A stretch of 64,000 bases of DNA from a virus. Shown here one piece after another: positions 46,789 to 56,277 of the stretch; position 1 is the stretch's first letter; each line of letters begins with the position of its first letter. The stretch is taken from IMG/VR virus record IMGVR_UViG_3300032294_002706, positions 1 to 64,000 of that record; one strand, 5' to 3'. The notes under the pieces were generated by a model. That model saw nothing but the letters and a program-made list of their open reading frames with translations, was not told where the DNA came from and ran no database searches. The translations under genes and the position numbers were made by a program.

Positions 46789-49700
46789 TTAGAATGATGG
46801 AGTAAATCCAGTAGAGTTTGAAGCAAGTTGACCTCCAGCTCTTGTGATTGTGATACGGTTGATGAACTTGTGAATACCTCTTGGGAAATCAACGATAATA
46901 TCAATGATACCAGCGTTATTTTCAAGAACTTCAGTTCCATTGTTTGAATCATCAAATACTACATCGAATGTTGAGATACCTCTAGCGTCTTGAACTGCAG
47001 TTAAGTAGTTCTTAACAAGAGTTTTAACTCTTAATCTAGTAGTAGTATCGTTGAAGTCGAATAGGAAGTTCAATAAGATTCTTTCAATATCTCTTTCAAT
47101 CGTTACTAGAGCTTCTCTTACGTGAACGTTATTTAAAGCTGATTTAACTTTTTGGTATCCAGTGTTGTTTGAGAAAATCATAACACCGAAACCTCTACGT
47201 CTAACGATCAAGTTGAAACCTACTGGCTCCAAGAAGTCTCTATCGTCATTCGTTAAGTCATACTCAACTCCTGTAATTTCTGGTTCAGAGATAATACCTC
47301 TTTTTCCTGCTACGATTGAGAAAGTGTTTCCACTAGAATACTTCTTCATGTAAGTATTCGCAACGTAAGCAGCTGGCGGAATTGATTTATTTCTACCACC
47401 TTCAAAGATTACTAAGTTAGGCATGAAATACGCAGCATAAGATGCGATTGAAATACCATTTTTCTCTCCAGTTGCAAAATTGAACGTGTAAGATGGATTA
47501 GACGATAAGTTACCACCAGTCGAAATGTATTCAGCTGATACTAAATTGGTGTTAACATCAATGAAGCTTGGATCAATTGATTTCTCGTATTGTGCAAAAG
47601 ATGGAGCATTTAGGATAGCTAGAGCTTTTCCGTGATTTGCTGCAAGTTGAGCAAGTTGTTGCTTAGAAGCGCTCCAAATTTGACCTTCATACGAATCAAT
47701 AATGTAACGGTAATCTAGAGTTTCGTTATCGGCTAATGTAGAAGCAATGTTAGTATCATTGAACATATAGTCCAAGATAGTGTTTTGACGATCCGCTGTT
47801 CCGTTAGGATACAATCCGCTTTCATCAACTTGCATTGCTGGAACATAGAATCCTCTAAGATCAGTTACGTAGTTTTTAATTCCTTTGTAAACTGTAAGAC
47901 CTGCGGTTCCGCCTAAAACAGCTGGAGTAATATCGATACCTGTGATATTTGAATCAGCTGCAGTATCAACAGTAACCGTGTATTTTAAAGTTTTAACCGG
48001 TAAGCTAGAAGGACCGTAGTTTACAGTAACTAGTTGACTGTAAACTGATTTAATTCTTAATGCACGATTACGAATTACTTGATCTCCGTTTGTGTCTTTA
48101 ACGATTCCGGCTTTAACCCATTGTCCAACTTTAAAGAATGAATCCACTAGAGTTCTCTTTGTTGAATCGTAAGTATATCCAGTATTTGCAACTTCTTTCT
48201 TAGCAGTATTTCCATAAAGTGAAGGATTCAAAGTAAATACCACTTGATTAGGAGAAAAGAATCTGTAATTGTTAGCTCCGGTAGTGATGAAGTAGCTAGA
48301 ATCAGTCAAATCGAAATCCGCTTTAAATTGAGTAACTGTAGTTGATTTGATATGTAGATAAGCTGGTGCTGGACTAGCGATACCGTCAGTTATGTACTTA
48401 ACGTCAACTTGATTTTGGAATGCTGCATCTTGATAAGCGTAAAACTCGATGTACTTGATTTGACCTGTGCTTTGAGTTTTAACCAAACCGTCAGTCGATA
48501 AGTAAAGAGTAGTAGGCGTGCTAGATGGAGCAGCTAAGTAGTGTAGAGTGTCTCCGGTTTTAATAAATCCATTTGCCCATGCAGTATACAATTTACTTCC
48601 GATTGTTGCAACGATGTACTTATCGCCAGTCGGTAAATTAGATGGACCTGAAAGCTTTTGAATTGTGTAAGTTTCACCAGCCGCATAAGTTGAATTATAA
48701 TCAACGCTGTCTAATGCGAAGTAGTACTCGTATCCAGCTGATTTTCTGTAGCTCAATACATCGATTAGAGCAACTGGATCAACTGTGCTGATTCCGTTAT
48801 CTACTGTGTAAAGTTGCTTAGTGTTATCAGTTGTGTTAAGTTCATCAAACCCGTATCCAACTAGATCAATTCTTTGCTCTGCGATTGGCTCAGTTGAACT
48901 ACCGCTATCGAATGTAGCATTAGTTAAGTCAATCATGTCAACTTTCTTGTAGTCAATTGCGCAAAATACTCCAGATTGACTAAACTTTCTATTAAATAAT
49001 GCGTCGATTGAAGCAACTGCTCCAGTTAAATCTCTAAAATCAGGAATCATTGCTCCGATCGTACGATTTACTACTGAAACTTCTCTCAATGAAAGGAAAT
49101 CATTCATCTTTGCAAGTTCAATACCTGATGGATTAAAGAACTGTGCGTAAATTGGATCTTTTGAAAGTCTGGCGTAATCAGTCCAATCTCCTTCAACTAC
49201 TGCGATTTCAACGAAGTAATCTGCTACGTAATCGTCTGGGTGTAAGAATTCTGGAATTTCTACTTTATCTCCTAGCAGTTTGTAGTATTCCTTAACTTTA
49301 ATGTCGTATCCAGTAGTATCAGCTACTCTAACCCATGCAGTAACAGCTTTCTTAGAAAGGTTAACTAAACTTAAAAGTTTATTAGCGTCTCTGTCCGCTG
49401 TTCCAGTTGCTGGGAATGAGTCACCTAACTGAATGTTTTTGTACTTGTTAACTGCATCAACATCAGCAAACCATAGTTTCTGAGTATTGTAGAAGTGTGA
49501 AAGGCTATCTTGATAAAGATTAGCCGCCCAAGTTGAATTATTTGATGCTGATTCAGTATTGAATGTTGTAAAGTATGCAACGTCCGTGTCTGCAACAGGT
49601 AAAAGATTCAAAGCGTAAACTGGGCCTTGTCTCAAAGCTACTTCTATAGTTCTGTGAAAGAAGCTTCCGTTCTTTTCTAGTTTAGAATCATTTTCTCCGT

Positions 49701-49881
49701 ATACTGTAGTTAATGAACGTAAGTCATTAACTAGTACTACTGAGTTGATAGGTCCCTTTTTGCTAGTTCCTATTACGAGTCTTCCTGTCGATAGAGGCAA
49801 GCTGAGATTAGGGCTTTCGTCGATTTCGACCGTGTAGACACCGCTTGACTTGAATCGGTTCAGATTTAATTTTTCTGCCAT
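46789..49881 (-). CDS. gp18: Contractile tail sheath protein (T4 gp18-like), enlarged
   Basis: N-terminal SSGVYTVEIDES and GTSKKGP; C-terminal AGKRG, SALNNVHVRE, FLFDFND and FDVVFDDSNN; 1030 aa with a large central insertion. Confidence 0.9.
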   Translation of the reverse strand: MAEKLNLNRFKSSGVYTVEIDESPNLSLPLSTGRLVIGTSKKGPINSVVLVNDLRSLTTVYGENDSKLEKNGSFFHRTIEVALRQGPVYALNLLPVADTDVAYFTTFNTESASNNSTWAANLYQDSLSHFYNTQKLWFADVDAVNKYKNIQLGDSFPATGTADRDANKLLSLVNLSKKAVTAWVRVADTTGYDIKVKEYYKLLGDKVEIPEFLHPDDYVADYFVEIAVVEGDWTDYARLSKDPIYAQFFNPSGIELAKMNDFLSLREVSVVNRTIGAMIPDFRDLTGAVASIDALFNRKFSQSGVFCAIDYKKVDMIDLTNATFDSGSSTEPIAEQRIDLVGYGFDELNTTDNTKQLYTVDNGISTVDPVALIDVLSYRKSAGYEYYFALDSVDYNSTYAAGETYTIQKLSGPSNLPTGDKYIVATIGSKLYTAWANGFIKTGDTLHYLAAPSSTPTTLYLSTDGLVKTQSTGQIKYIEFYAYQDAAFQNQVDVKYITDGIASPAPAYLHIKSTTVTQFKADFDLTDSSYFITTGANNYRFFSPNQVVFTLNPSLYGNTAKKEVANTGYTYDSTKRTLVDSFFKVGQWVKAGIVKDTNGDQVIRNRALRIKSVYSQLVTVNYGPSSLPVKTLKYTVTVDTAADSNITGIDITPAVLGGTAGLTVYKGIKNYVTDLRGFYVPAMQVDESGLYPNGTADRQNTILDYMFNDTNIASTLADNETLDYRYIIDSYEGQIWSASKQQLAQLAANHGKALAILNAPSFAQYEKSIDPSFIDVNTNLVSAEYISTGGNLSSNPSYTFNFATGEKNGISIASYAAYFMPNLVIFEGGRNKSIPPAAYVANTYMKKYSSGNTFSIVAGKRGIISEPEITGVEYDLTNDDRDFLEPVGFNLIVRRRGFGVMIFSNNTGYQKVKSALNNVHVREALVTIERDIERILLNFLFDFNDTTTRLRVKTLVKNYLTAVQDARGISTFDVVFDDSNNGTEVLENNAGIIDIIVDFPRGIHKFINRITITRAGGQLASNSTGFTPSF

Positions 49882-49908
49882 CGCTTTTGCGTATTATTTT
49901 GAAGTTAT

Positions 49909-49980
49909 TTATTTATCGCATTAAGTCCAAATTCATACTTTTTGAACTTGGGCTAGTCGCGTCTTTAGTTATTTATCAAC
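49909..49980 (-). promoter_or_regulatory. Tandem putative late promoters for the sheath gene
   Basis: GTTGATAAATAACT (49967-49980) and TGCGATAAATAA (49909-49920). Confidence 0.7.
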
Positions 49981-49998
49981 CGCCAGCATAATAAACTT

Positions 49999-50025
49999 AA
50001 ACTTTTTCCACTTTTGGGGTAAAAG
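49999..50025 (+). promoter_or_regulatory. Putative early/middle promoter AAAC-N16-GTAAAAG
   Basis: Same spacing; the GTAAAAGAT box recurs at 53176. Confidence 0.55.
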
Positions 50026-50046
50026 ATCTTGTAAAACTAACTAAAT

Positions 50047-50526
50047 ATGGCAAATACAGACAATTCCTGCGCAAAATTAGAAATTAATGACCTTTGGTCA
50101 AATCGTACAGAATCCAACACGGACACTCTTGGCGACATTATGAACTTACAAGCCGATACTCAAAAGAATGTTTACGGTTATGACTTCAAAAACATGACTC
50201 TACGTGACCTAATGACATTTTGGCACATGAATAATCATGCAATGATTGATGAGATTCACGAAGCAACCGATGCACTAGGCGGAATCAAGGACGGGGACGG
50301 CAATGCCATCTGGAAAAGATGGAAAAAAGCCCATGAAGGATACTCAGATAAGAAATTCTCAGATTTATCAGAGGAAGACCAACTAGAGTGCAAATTTGAG
50401 GTGATTGACATGCTACACTTCTTTATGAATTACGCAATTTCGATAGGAATGACTCCTCAGGAGATGTACAATATGTACATGTCTAAAAACGAAGAGAACC
50501 GAGCACGTCAACAGAATGGTTATTAA
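50047..50526 (+). CDS. gp56: dCTPase/dUTPase (T4 gp56-like, all-alpha)
   Basis: IDEIHE, AIWKRWK, SEEDQLECKFEVIDMLHF and KNEENRARQQNGY closely follow T4 gp56 as recalled. Confidence 0.85.
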   Translation: MANTDNSCAKLEINDLWSNRTESNTDTLGDIMNLQADTQKNVYGYDFKNMTLRDLMTFWHMNNHAMIDEIHEATDALGGIKDGDGNAIWKRWKKAHEGYSDKKFSDLSEEDQLECKFEVIDMLHFFMNYAISIGMTPQEMYNMYMSKNEENRARQQNGY

Positions 50527-50544
50527 TTGGTAAAATAATAAAAT

Positions 50545-51918
50545 ATGATTGTAAGTACTGAATTTCACACGGAAGACTCAACGCTAGTCATTTCGTATTA
50601 TAAGCCAGATGGAACAATTGGATTTATGAAAAAACCAATTCTACCTCATGACCTTTATAACTGGAACCTAACTCCAACTCCGACCGAGCACCGTAACTGG
50701 GATGGAAAATTTCTAAAAAAGGTTCAAGGTAAATGGTTGAGTCGTTTTAGACTTGAAGAATTGACCCAAATTCGATTAGATCAAACTGAGTTAGATTCAA
50801 TTTATTCAGATGATAGTCCAAAAAAATACTATCTGGATATTGAGATTCAGTTATTATCAACCGACTTTCCGGATCCAAACAAAGCAGCAATGCCAGTTAA
50901 TTTAATAACGTTTGTGAATGAGGATAATATTTGTTTTGTAATGTCAACCATGAAGAACTTAGAGAATCCAGTAATTTCTCAAATGCAAGATGAGGTTAAC
51001 GATTACTTTAAGGCACACGGCCAAGACTTTACTCTTAAGTATCTGTTTTTTGAGACAGAGGAAGAGATGATGACAACCTTTTTCCACAAAGTGCTTCCTA
51101 AAATTCCATTCTTAACCGGTTGGAATGTAATTGGATTTGACTGGTTATACTTAATCAATCGTTGTAAGAATTTAGGAATTGAGCCAATGGCAAAAATGCC
51201 ATCTAAAACATTGATCGGTAAGGCTAAAATGCCAGTTCACATGGGACTTCTGGATTACATGGAAGTTTTCATGAACACAAAGCCGTATAAGGTCGTTGAG
51301 AATTATAAGTTAGACTACATCGCTAATCTTGTGCTTGGAACCACTAAATTACATAGTGAGTATGCGACCATGCTAGAAGCTCAGCAGGACGTTGAGAACT
51401 TCATCAAGTATAACATCATCGATACGATTCTTATCAAGCTAATAGAGGACAAGCTTGGTCTACTTGATGTAGCCTTTGCCATCTCTAAATTTGCGAGAGT
51501 CGATGTTTCTAAAGTATTTTCAGCAGTATTCATTACTGAAACCTTAATGTGTAGAGAATTCTTAGAACGCGGTTTATACATGGCAAACGATCGAAGAGAT
51601 CTTGAAGAGGACGCAACTTACGATGGTGCATACGTTGCAAAACCTGAACCTGGATACTATAAGTACGTATCATGTTTTGACTTTGCCTCAATGTATCCAA
51701 ACATTCAAATTCAGTTTAATATCTCGCCAGACGCGTACTTAGGCAAAAACAAACCTGATCAAGAACCTACTGAAGGCCAGATCCTAACTAAAAACAATAC
51801 TCTATTTACTAAAAAGTTTGATTCAGCAGCTCGCACAATCTTAACTCGTTTGTATAACGGTCGTGTGGACACGAAGAATGAAATGAAAAAATTAGAAGAG
51901 CAACTAAATGCTAAATAA
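50545..51918 (+). CDS. DNA polymerase B, N-terminal half (exonuclease plus motif A); split gp43A-like
   Basis: LDIE, TGWNVIGFD, YNIID exonuclease motifs; YDGAYV and FDFASMYP present; TAA falls in the fingers helix before motifs B and C. Confidence 0.85.
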   Translation: MIVSTEFHTEDSTLVISYYKPDGTIGFMKKPILPHDLYNWNLTPTPTEHRNWDGKFLKKVQGKWLSRFRLEELTQIRLDQTELDSIYSDDSPKKYYLDIEIQLLSTDFPDPNKAAMPVNLITFVNEDNICFVMSTMKNLENPVISQMQDEVNDYFKAHGQDFTLKYLFFETEEEMMTTFFHKVLPKIPFLTGWNVIGFDWLYLINRCKNLGIEPMAKMPSKTLIGKAKMPVHMGLLDYMEVFMNTKPYKVVENYKLDYIANLVLGTTKLHSEYATMLEAQQDVENFIKYNIIDTILIKLIEDKLGLLDVAFAISKFARVDVSKVFSAVFITETLMCREFLERGLYMANDRRDLEEDATYDGAYVAKPEPGYYKYVSCFDFASMYPNIQIQFNISPDAYLGKNKPDQEPTEGQILTKNNTLFTKKFDSAARTILTRLYNGRVDTKNEMKKLEEQLNAK

Positions 51919-51943
51919 TTTCAAAAAAATATTACATAAAATT

Positions 51944-52600
51944 ATGAATGGATACGATATAGAAACACTGATCGCTGTAAAATCAAGTTTTCAAGCTAAT
52001 AAATTTCAGTGGATAAAAACAAATGACCCAAACAAAATGGGTAAAATAGTTGAAGTTAGAGACGTTGTTCCTGGTCGAAATGGTAGATTTCTTGCAATGT
52101 TGTCAGATGGCTCTCAACTTGATACTGATCTAGTTTCATCTAACTTAATGATGATAACTGACGGACAGGACCCACTATCGTTTGATGAAATTCGATCAAT
52201 CAATTACATTCCTTCTCTTTCTGAAGAGGTACAGGTTTCAAGCGATATTCCTGCCGAATTTGCAACAGAAATCAAGACACAGGCAATTCAGTCAGCTCCA
52301 ACGGCCTTTCAACCTGCTCAACTTGCACCAGAACCAGCGAAAATTCAAGCAAGCGTCGATCCAGGCGATCTATTTGGAATGTTTTCACTAGAGGATACTG
52401 ACTTAAATCTGTCAGTCAGAGTTAAGCTACCTAGTAAAACTCTACTAAAGATGATGTATCAGAATTCAAAGAACAAGGAAGAGTTTTTGACAAAACTATC
52501 AAACTATATAAATAATAACGTAACGGTTGATGCTATTAAGAAAACCATGAAAAAGGCATTAGCTGGTGACACTAAAAAGAAGACAACTCCAAATGAATAA
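51944..52600 (+). CDS. Hypothetical protein
   Basis: ORF 51908-52600; ATG 51944 preferred (A-rich leader); no polymerase motifs. Confidence 0.65.
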   Translation: MNGYDIETLIAVKSSFQANKFQWIKTNDPNKMGKIVEVRDVVPGRNGRFLAMLSDGSQLDTDLVSSNLMMITDGQDPLSFDEIRSINYIPSLSEEVQVSSDIPAEFATEIKTQAIQSAPTAFQPAQLAPEPAKIQASVDPGDLFGMFSLEDTDLNLSVRVKLPSKTLLKMMYQNSKNKEEFLTKLSNYINNNVTVDAIKKTMKKALAGDTKKKTTPNE

Positions 52601-53156
52601 GCCCCTAATCTCAAAAGAAACTAGCAAATTCGGTAGATTTAACGTGTTGACCTTAACTAAGGACCAGCATTCAAATCAGTATTTAGCTGATGATCTTGAG
52701 TACATTTGCTTAATTCCATTTGAAAAATCTTCAGAGAACTCAATCAAATCAATTTACGTACTAGATTATCTTAATCCAGTATCGGATTCTCAAACCGAAT
52801 CTTTGATCATCGATACTGTCAACCCTGACCTTGATAAAACTCCATACGATAGCGTTTGTCGTGCTCTAGTTGAAGAAGCCGGTTTAAATATTGACGAATT
52901 GGGACTTACTGAAAATAGTATTTACTATTTGGGAGACATTCAAACAAGTTCACCAATGTCATGTAAGATGCACTGTTACGGAGTTGATACTACAAGCAAC
53001 TCCATTCTTGAATTCACAAGAAATTTATCAAAGGACCATTTCACAAAGGACAGCTCATCAATCAAAAAGGTAGGCTTTCACCAAGTAGTAAATGGCGATT
53101 TTCCGGACTCTACTATTTTAGCAGGGTCATTTTTATTAGTTTCATATTTCAACTAA
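52593..53156 (+). CDS. Nudix-fold protein with degenerate Nudix box
   Basis: PYDSVCRALVEEAGL resembles A-x-RE-L-x-EE-x-G-L, with RE changed to RA and the first Gly/Glu missing. Confidence 0.55.
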   Translation: MNKPLISKETSKFGRFNVLTLTKDQHSNQYLADDLEYICLIPFEKSSENSIKSIYVLDYLNPVSDSQTESLIIDTVNPDLDKTPYDSVCRALVEEAGLNIDELGLTENSIYYLGDIQTSSPMSCKMHCYGVDTTSNSILEFTRNLSKDHFTKDSSSIKKVGFHQVVNGDFPDSTILAGSFLLVSYFN

Positions 53157-53182
53157 ATCCAATTCAGTATCCTTTGTAAAAG
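53156..53182 (+). promoter_or_regulatory. Putative early/middle promoter variant AATC-N16-GTAAAAG
   Basis: Variant of the repeated motif, upstream of uvsX. Confidence 0.5.
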
Positions 53183-53207
53183 ATACTAAAGATTAATTTT
53201 TATACAC

Positions 53208-54398
53208 ATGGCAAAATCAACAATGGACGCATTCGCCAAGTTTAACGACTTGCTCGAAAAGAAAGTCAAATCTAAAATTGAGATCCGCGGATTCTCAGAC
53301 ATCGAAGAGTATATTCCAACCGGAAACTACTTATTAAACGCTCAAATGTCGGGCTCGGTATTTGGAGGTTATCCCAACACTCGAAGCATCGGTATTGCCG
53401 GAGATTCTGGAGCAGGTAAAACATTCCTTTGCCTAAACGCAGTTCGTGAGCTTCAAAAGAAAGACTATATGGTAATCTACATTGATACCGAAGGCGCAAT
53501 CGATTCTAGCGATTACCTAAAGTTCGGAGTAGACTTATCCAAACTAAAGTATCTTCGTATGGGTATGATCAGTGAAGTTAAGTTTTTCGTGAACGACCTG
53601 ATTGAAACAATCAAAGAAAATCCAGGTCTTAAGATTGCACTATTTGTAGATTCAGTCGGAATGCTAGACACTGATAAGAGCAAACGTGATATGGATGCAG
53701 GTAAGAACGCTGCAGATATGGGTCTCCGTGCAAAAGAGATGAGATCCTTATTCAAGTCATTGACTCTAGATCTTTCGAATTACAAGATTCCATTCATCTT
53801 TACAAATCACACCTATGCCTCAATGGATCAATACACTCCAAAGGGTATGTCAGGCGGCGGTGGTCCAGAATTCTCTGCATCAATTATCTTAATGTTGAGT
53901 AAAGGGACACTAAGAGATGAAGCTAAAACAACTACCGGAATTATTGTTCGTTCTAAAACCAAAAAGAATCGTTTGGCTAGACCAATTGATATTGAGTTTC
54001 ATATCTCTTTCCATAAGGGTATGAATCCATTCGTTGGACTAGAGCAATACGTTAGTTGGGAAAATTGTGGAGTCGGTAGAGGTAATAAGCTAACTGAGAA
54101 AGAATTCTCTAAGCTTAAACCTGATGAATCTGAACTATGCTCTAAATTTGAAGTTGATGGTGAGACCTTCTACTTCTTACCTAAAAAATTAGGTAAAACC
54201 TACATCATTAGACATAACGGTGATGCTGTTCCAGTTAAGGAATTTTTCTCAGCAAGACTTTTCACTAACGAGGTGTTAACTGAATTAGATGAAAAGATCA
54301 TCAAACCAACCTTTAAGTTTCCAGAAACTCAGGATGGAATTGATAATATGGAAACCGAAGAATTAGAAGACTTAACTGAAAATGACAATGACCTTTAA
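53208..54398 (+). CDS. uvsX: RecA-like recombinase UvsX
   Basis: PTGNYLLN, Walker A GDSGAGKT, YIDTEGA, VDSVG, FTNHTY, SGGGG. Confidence 0.92.
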   Translation: MAKSTMDAFAKFNDLLEKKVKSKIEIRGFSDIEEYIPTGNYLLNAQMSGSVFGGYPNTRSIGIAGDSGAGKTFLCLNAVRELQKKDYMVIYIDTEGAIDSSDYLKFGVDLSKLKYLRMGMISEVKFFVNDLIETIKENPGLKIALFVDSVGMLDTDKSKRDMDAGKNAADMGLRAKEMRSLFKSLTLDLSNYKIPFIFTNHTYASMDQYTPKGMSGGGGPEFSASIILMLSKGTLRDEAKTTTGIIVRSKTKKNRLARPIDIEFHISFHKGMNPFVGLEQYVSWENCGVGRGNKLTEKEFSKLKPDESELCSKFEVDGETFYFLPKKLGKTYIIRHNGDAVPVKEFFSARLFTNEVLTELDEKIIKPTFKFPETQDGIDNMETEELEDLTENDNDL

Positions 54399-54732
54399 TC
54401 TGAGCTCATTAGCTCCTCTTAAATATTCCCTTGAAGCTCACATTGCCCTGCCGAACTATCCAACTCGGCAGGACTTTGTGTTCGATATCGCTTCATATCT
54501 AATTAGAGTTTCCGAAAGTAAGTCCAGAAAATTGGACCCAGAGGATCTAAAGTTTTCAACAAAAACTCTAAAGTACGTTTTCAATGACAAGATGAACGAT
54601 GATGAATTTCGTGATAGGATAAAACTTATTATGAAAGACATGATAGAAGATGGTAGTTTAGTAAAGGCTGGAGAAAATCTAGTAATTTCTCAAACTGAAT
54701 TTTTAAAAATTTATACAATTTCGAATAACTAA
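54382..54732 (+). CDS. Hypothetical protein (possible winged-helix)
   Basis: 116 aa ORF between uvsX and the helicase. Confidence 0.6.
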   Translation: MTMTFNLSSLAPLKYSLEAHIALPNYPTRQDFVFDIASYLIRVSESKSRKLDPEDLKFSTKTLKYVFNDKMNDDEFRDRIKLIMKDMIEDGSLVKAGENLVISQTEFLKIYTISNN

Positions 54733-54738
54733 AAAAAT

Positions 54739-56262
54739 ATGACGATAGACTTTAAAGAGAACATTGAGCTTCTCGAAAAAATAATCTTTAACTTTGTTTT
54801 GACTGATGACGATGGTGATGTCGTGATAAAGCCAAAGAACTATGATTCAATGGACAAACGCGAAATCCTTCCGCTAGTTAAGGCTCATTATTTTAATGAT
54901 GATACGTTACAGAGAGTCTATCGAGTTGCAAAAAAATTCTTTGTTGAATATTCAAATCTTCCAACTCGAAATGAACTTCGCGAGCTTTGTAATCTTTCAA
55001 ACTTAGATATTCCAGAAGCAAAGTTTAATGCTCTGTTTGCAGTTGATCTTTCTAGTTATAATTACGACTTTCTATTCAAATACACAAAGGCTTTCATATT
55101 TTATAAGAATCTAAATGCGTCAGTAATTGACGTACTTTCTTATTTGAAAACAACTGAAATTAACCCAGAAAACGTTGAACTAATAACCAATGAAGTTAGG
55201 GAAAAATTCAATGAGAAATTAAACGTATCATTCACGAATGCCGAGTCCGGCCTAGATTTCTTTAACCCAGTAGATCACGTTCAATTATCAAAGATCGGTA
55301 ACCCCACTGGATTTAAGTTTTTTGATAAGACGCTGGGTGGAGGTTGGAACCCAAAAACGCTAGTAGTTTTTCAAGGTCGACCTAAGGTTGGTAAATCCAT
55401 GGTACTTTCAAATATTGCAGGTAGAGCATTCGTTTCTGGTTGTAATGTTGGAATCGCAACCCTTGAATTATCTGACCGAAAGTACATGAAACGCTTAGGC
55501 TCTATGATCTTAGACATTCCATTTAAGGATTACGACTCAATGTTGGATAATACTCAAACCGCTGAGGTTGCGAGTAAAATGGTTAATTTAAAGAAGACTG
55601 TTCCGACTCTTGGAGAATTGATTGTAAAAGAATTTCCTACTGGAACCGCGTCAGCTATTGATGTTGAAAACTACTTTCTAAAAGTTCAACAAAATACTGG
55701 AAAGAAATTCACAGTAATCGTTGTTGACTACATCAACTTGATGAGACCTATGAGAGAACAGGGAAATGTTTACGAAAAGATCAAAGTTATTTCAGAGGAA
55801 TTACGAGCAGTTGCAATCCGAAACGAATGGTGTATTATTACTGCAACTCAAATCAAAAGAGATGCAGTAGACGATCAAGACTTAAGCATGTCAGACATCG
55901 CCGAATCTTTCGGTTTAGTGCATACGGTAGATTCTCTATTTGGTTTAATTAGAGGCCCAATGGAAAAACGTATGAAGATCAAGTTAATTGCGAATCGAGA
56001 TGGAGGATACACTGAAAGTTTTAAAATGTACAGAATGAGTTATGAATTCGCAAAATTGACCGAAGAAACCGATCCAGCTTCTGAATTCTATTCGGACGAT
56101 GATGATACTCAGTCTCTTGAAAATCAAATGCGAACTCAATACAATACAGTCCATACAACGACTTTACCTCCAAACCTAATTACAATGGAAGAGGCAATGA
56201 GTCGACCTGCACCTCAATACAAATCTCCAAGCGATTATGATGATTTGCTAAATTCAATTTAA
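54739..56262 (+). CDS. gp41: Replicative DnaB-like helicase (T4 gp41-like)
   Basis: PTGF...LGGG, Walker A GRPKVGKS, TLEL, VKEFPT, VVDYINLM, TATQ, AESFG. Confidence 0.92.
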   Translation: MTIDFKENIELLEKIIFNFVLTDDDGDVVIKPKNYDSMDKREILPLVKAHYFNDDTLQRVYRVAKKFFVEYSNLPTRNELRELCNLSNLDIPEAKFNALFAVDLSSYNYDFLFKYTKAFIFYKNLNASVIDVLSYLKTTEINPENVELITNEVREKFNEKLNVSFTNAESGLDFFNPVDHVQLSKIGNPTGFKFFDKTLGGGWNPKTLVVFQGRPKVGKSMVLSNIAGRAFVSGCNVGIATLELSDRKYMKRLGSMILDIPFKDYDSMLDNTQTAEVASKMVNLKKTVPTLGELIVKEFPTGTASAIDVENYFLKVQQNTGKKFTVIVVDYINLMRPMREQGNVYEKIKVISEELRAVAIRNEWCIITATQIKRDAVDDQDLSMSDIAESFGLVHTVDSLFGLIRGPMEKRMKIKLIANRDGGYTESFKMYRMSYEFAKLTEETDPASEFYSDDDDTQSLENQMRTQYNTVHTTTLPPNLITMEEAMSRPAPQYKSPSDYDDLLNSI

Positions 56263-56277
56263 AAAAACACAAATAAT

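Noticed and set aside
51908-51960. Frameshift continuation of the polymerase via KILHKIMNGYD as motif B
   Set aside because: Spacing does not fit KxxxNSxYG and the rest of the ORF has no motif C.
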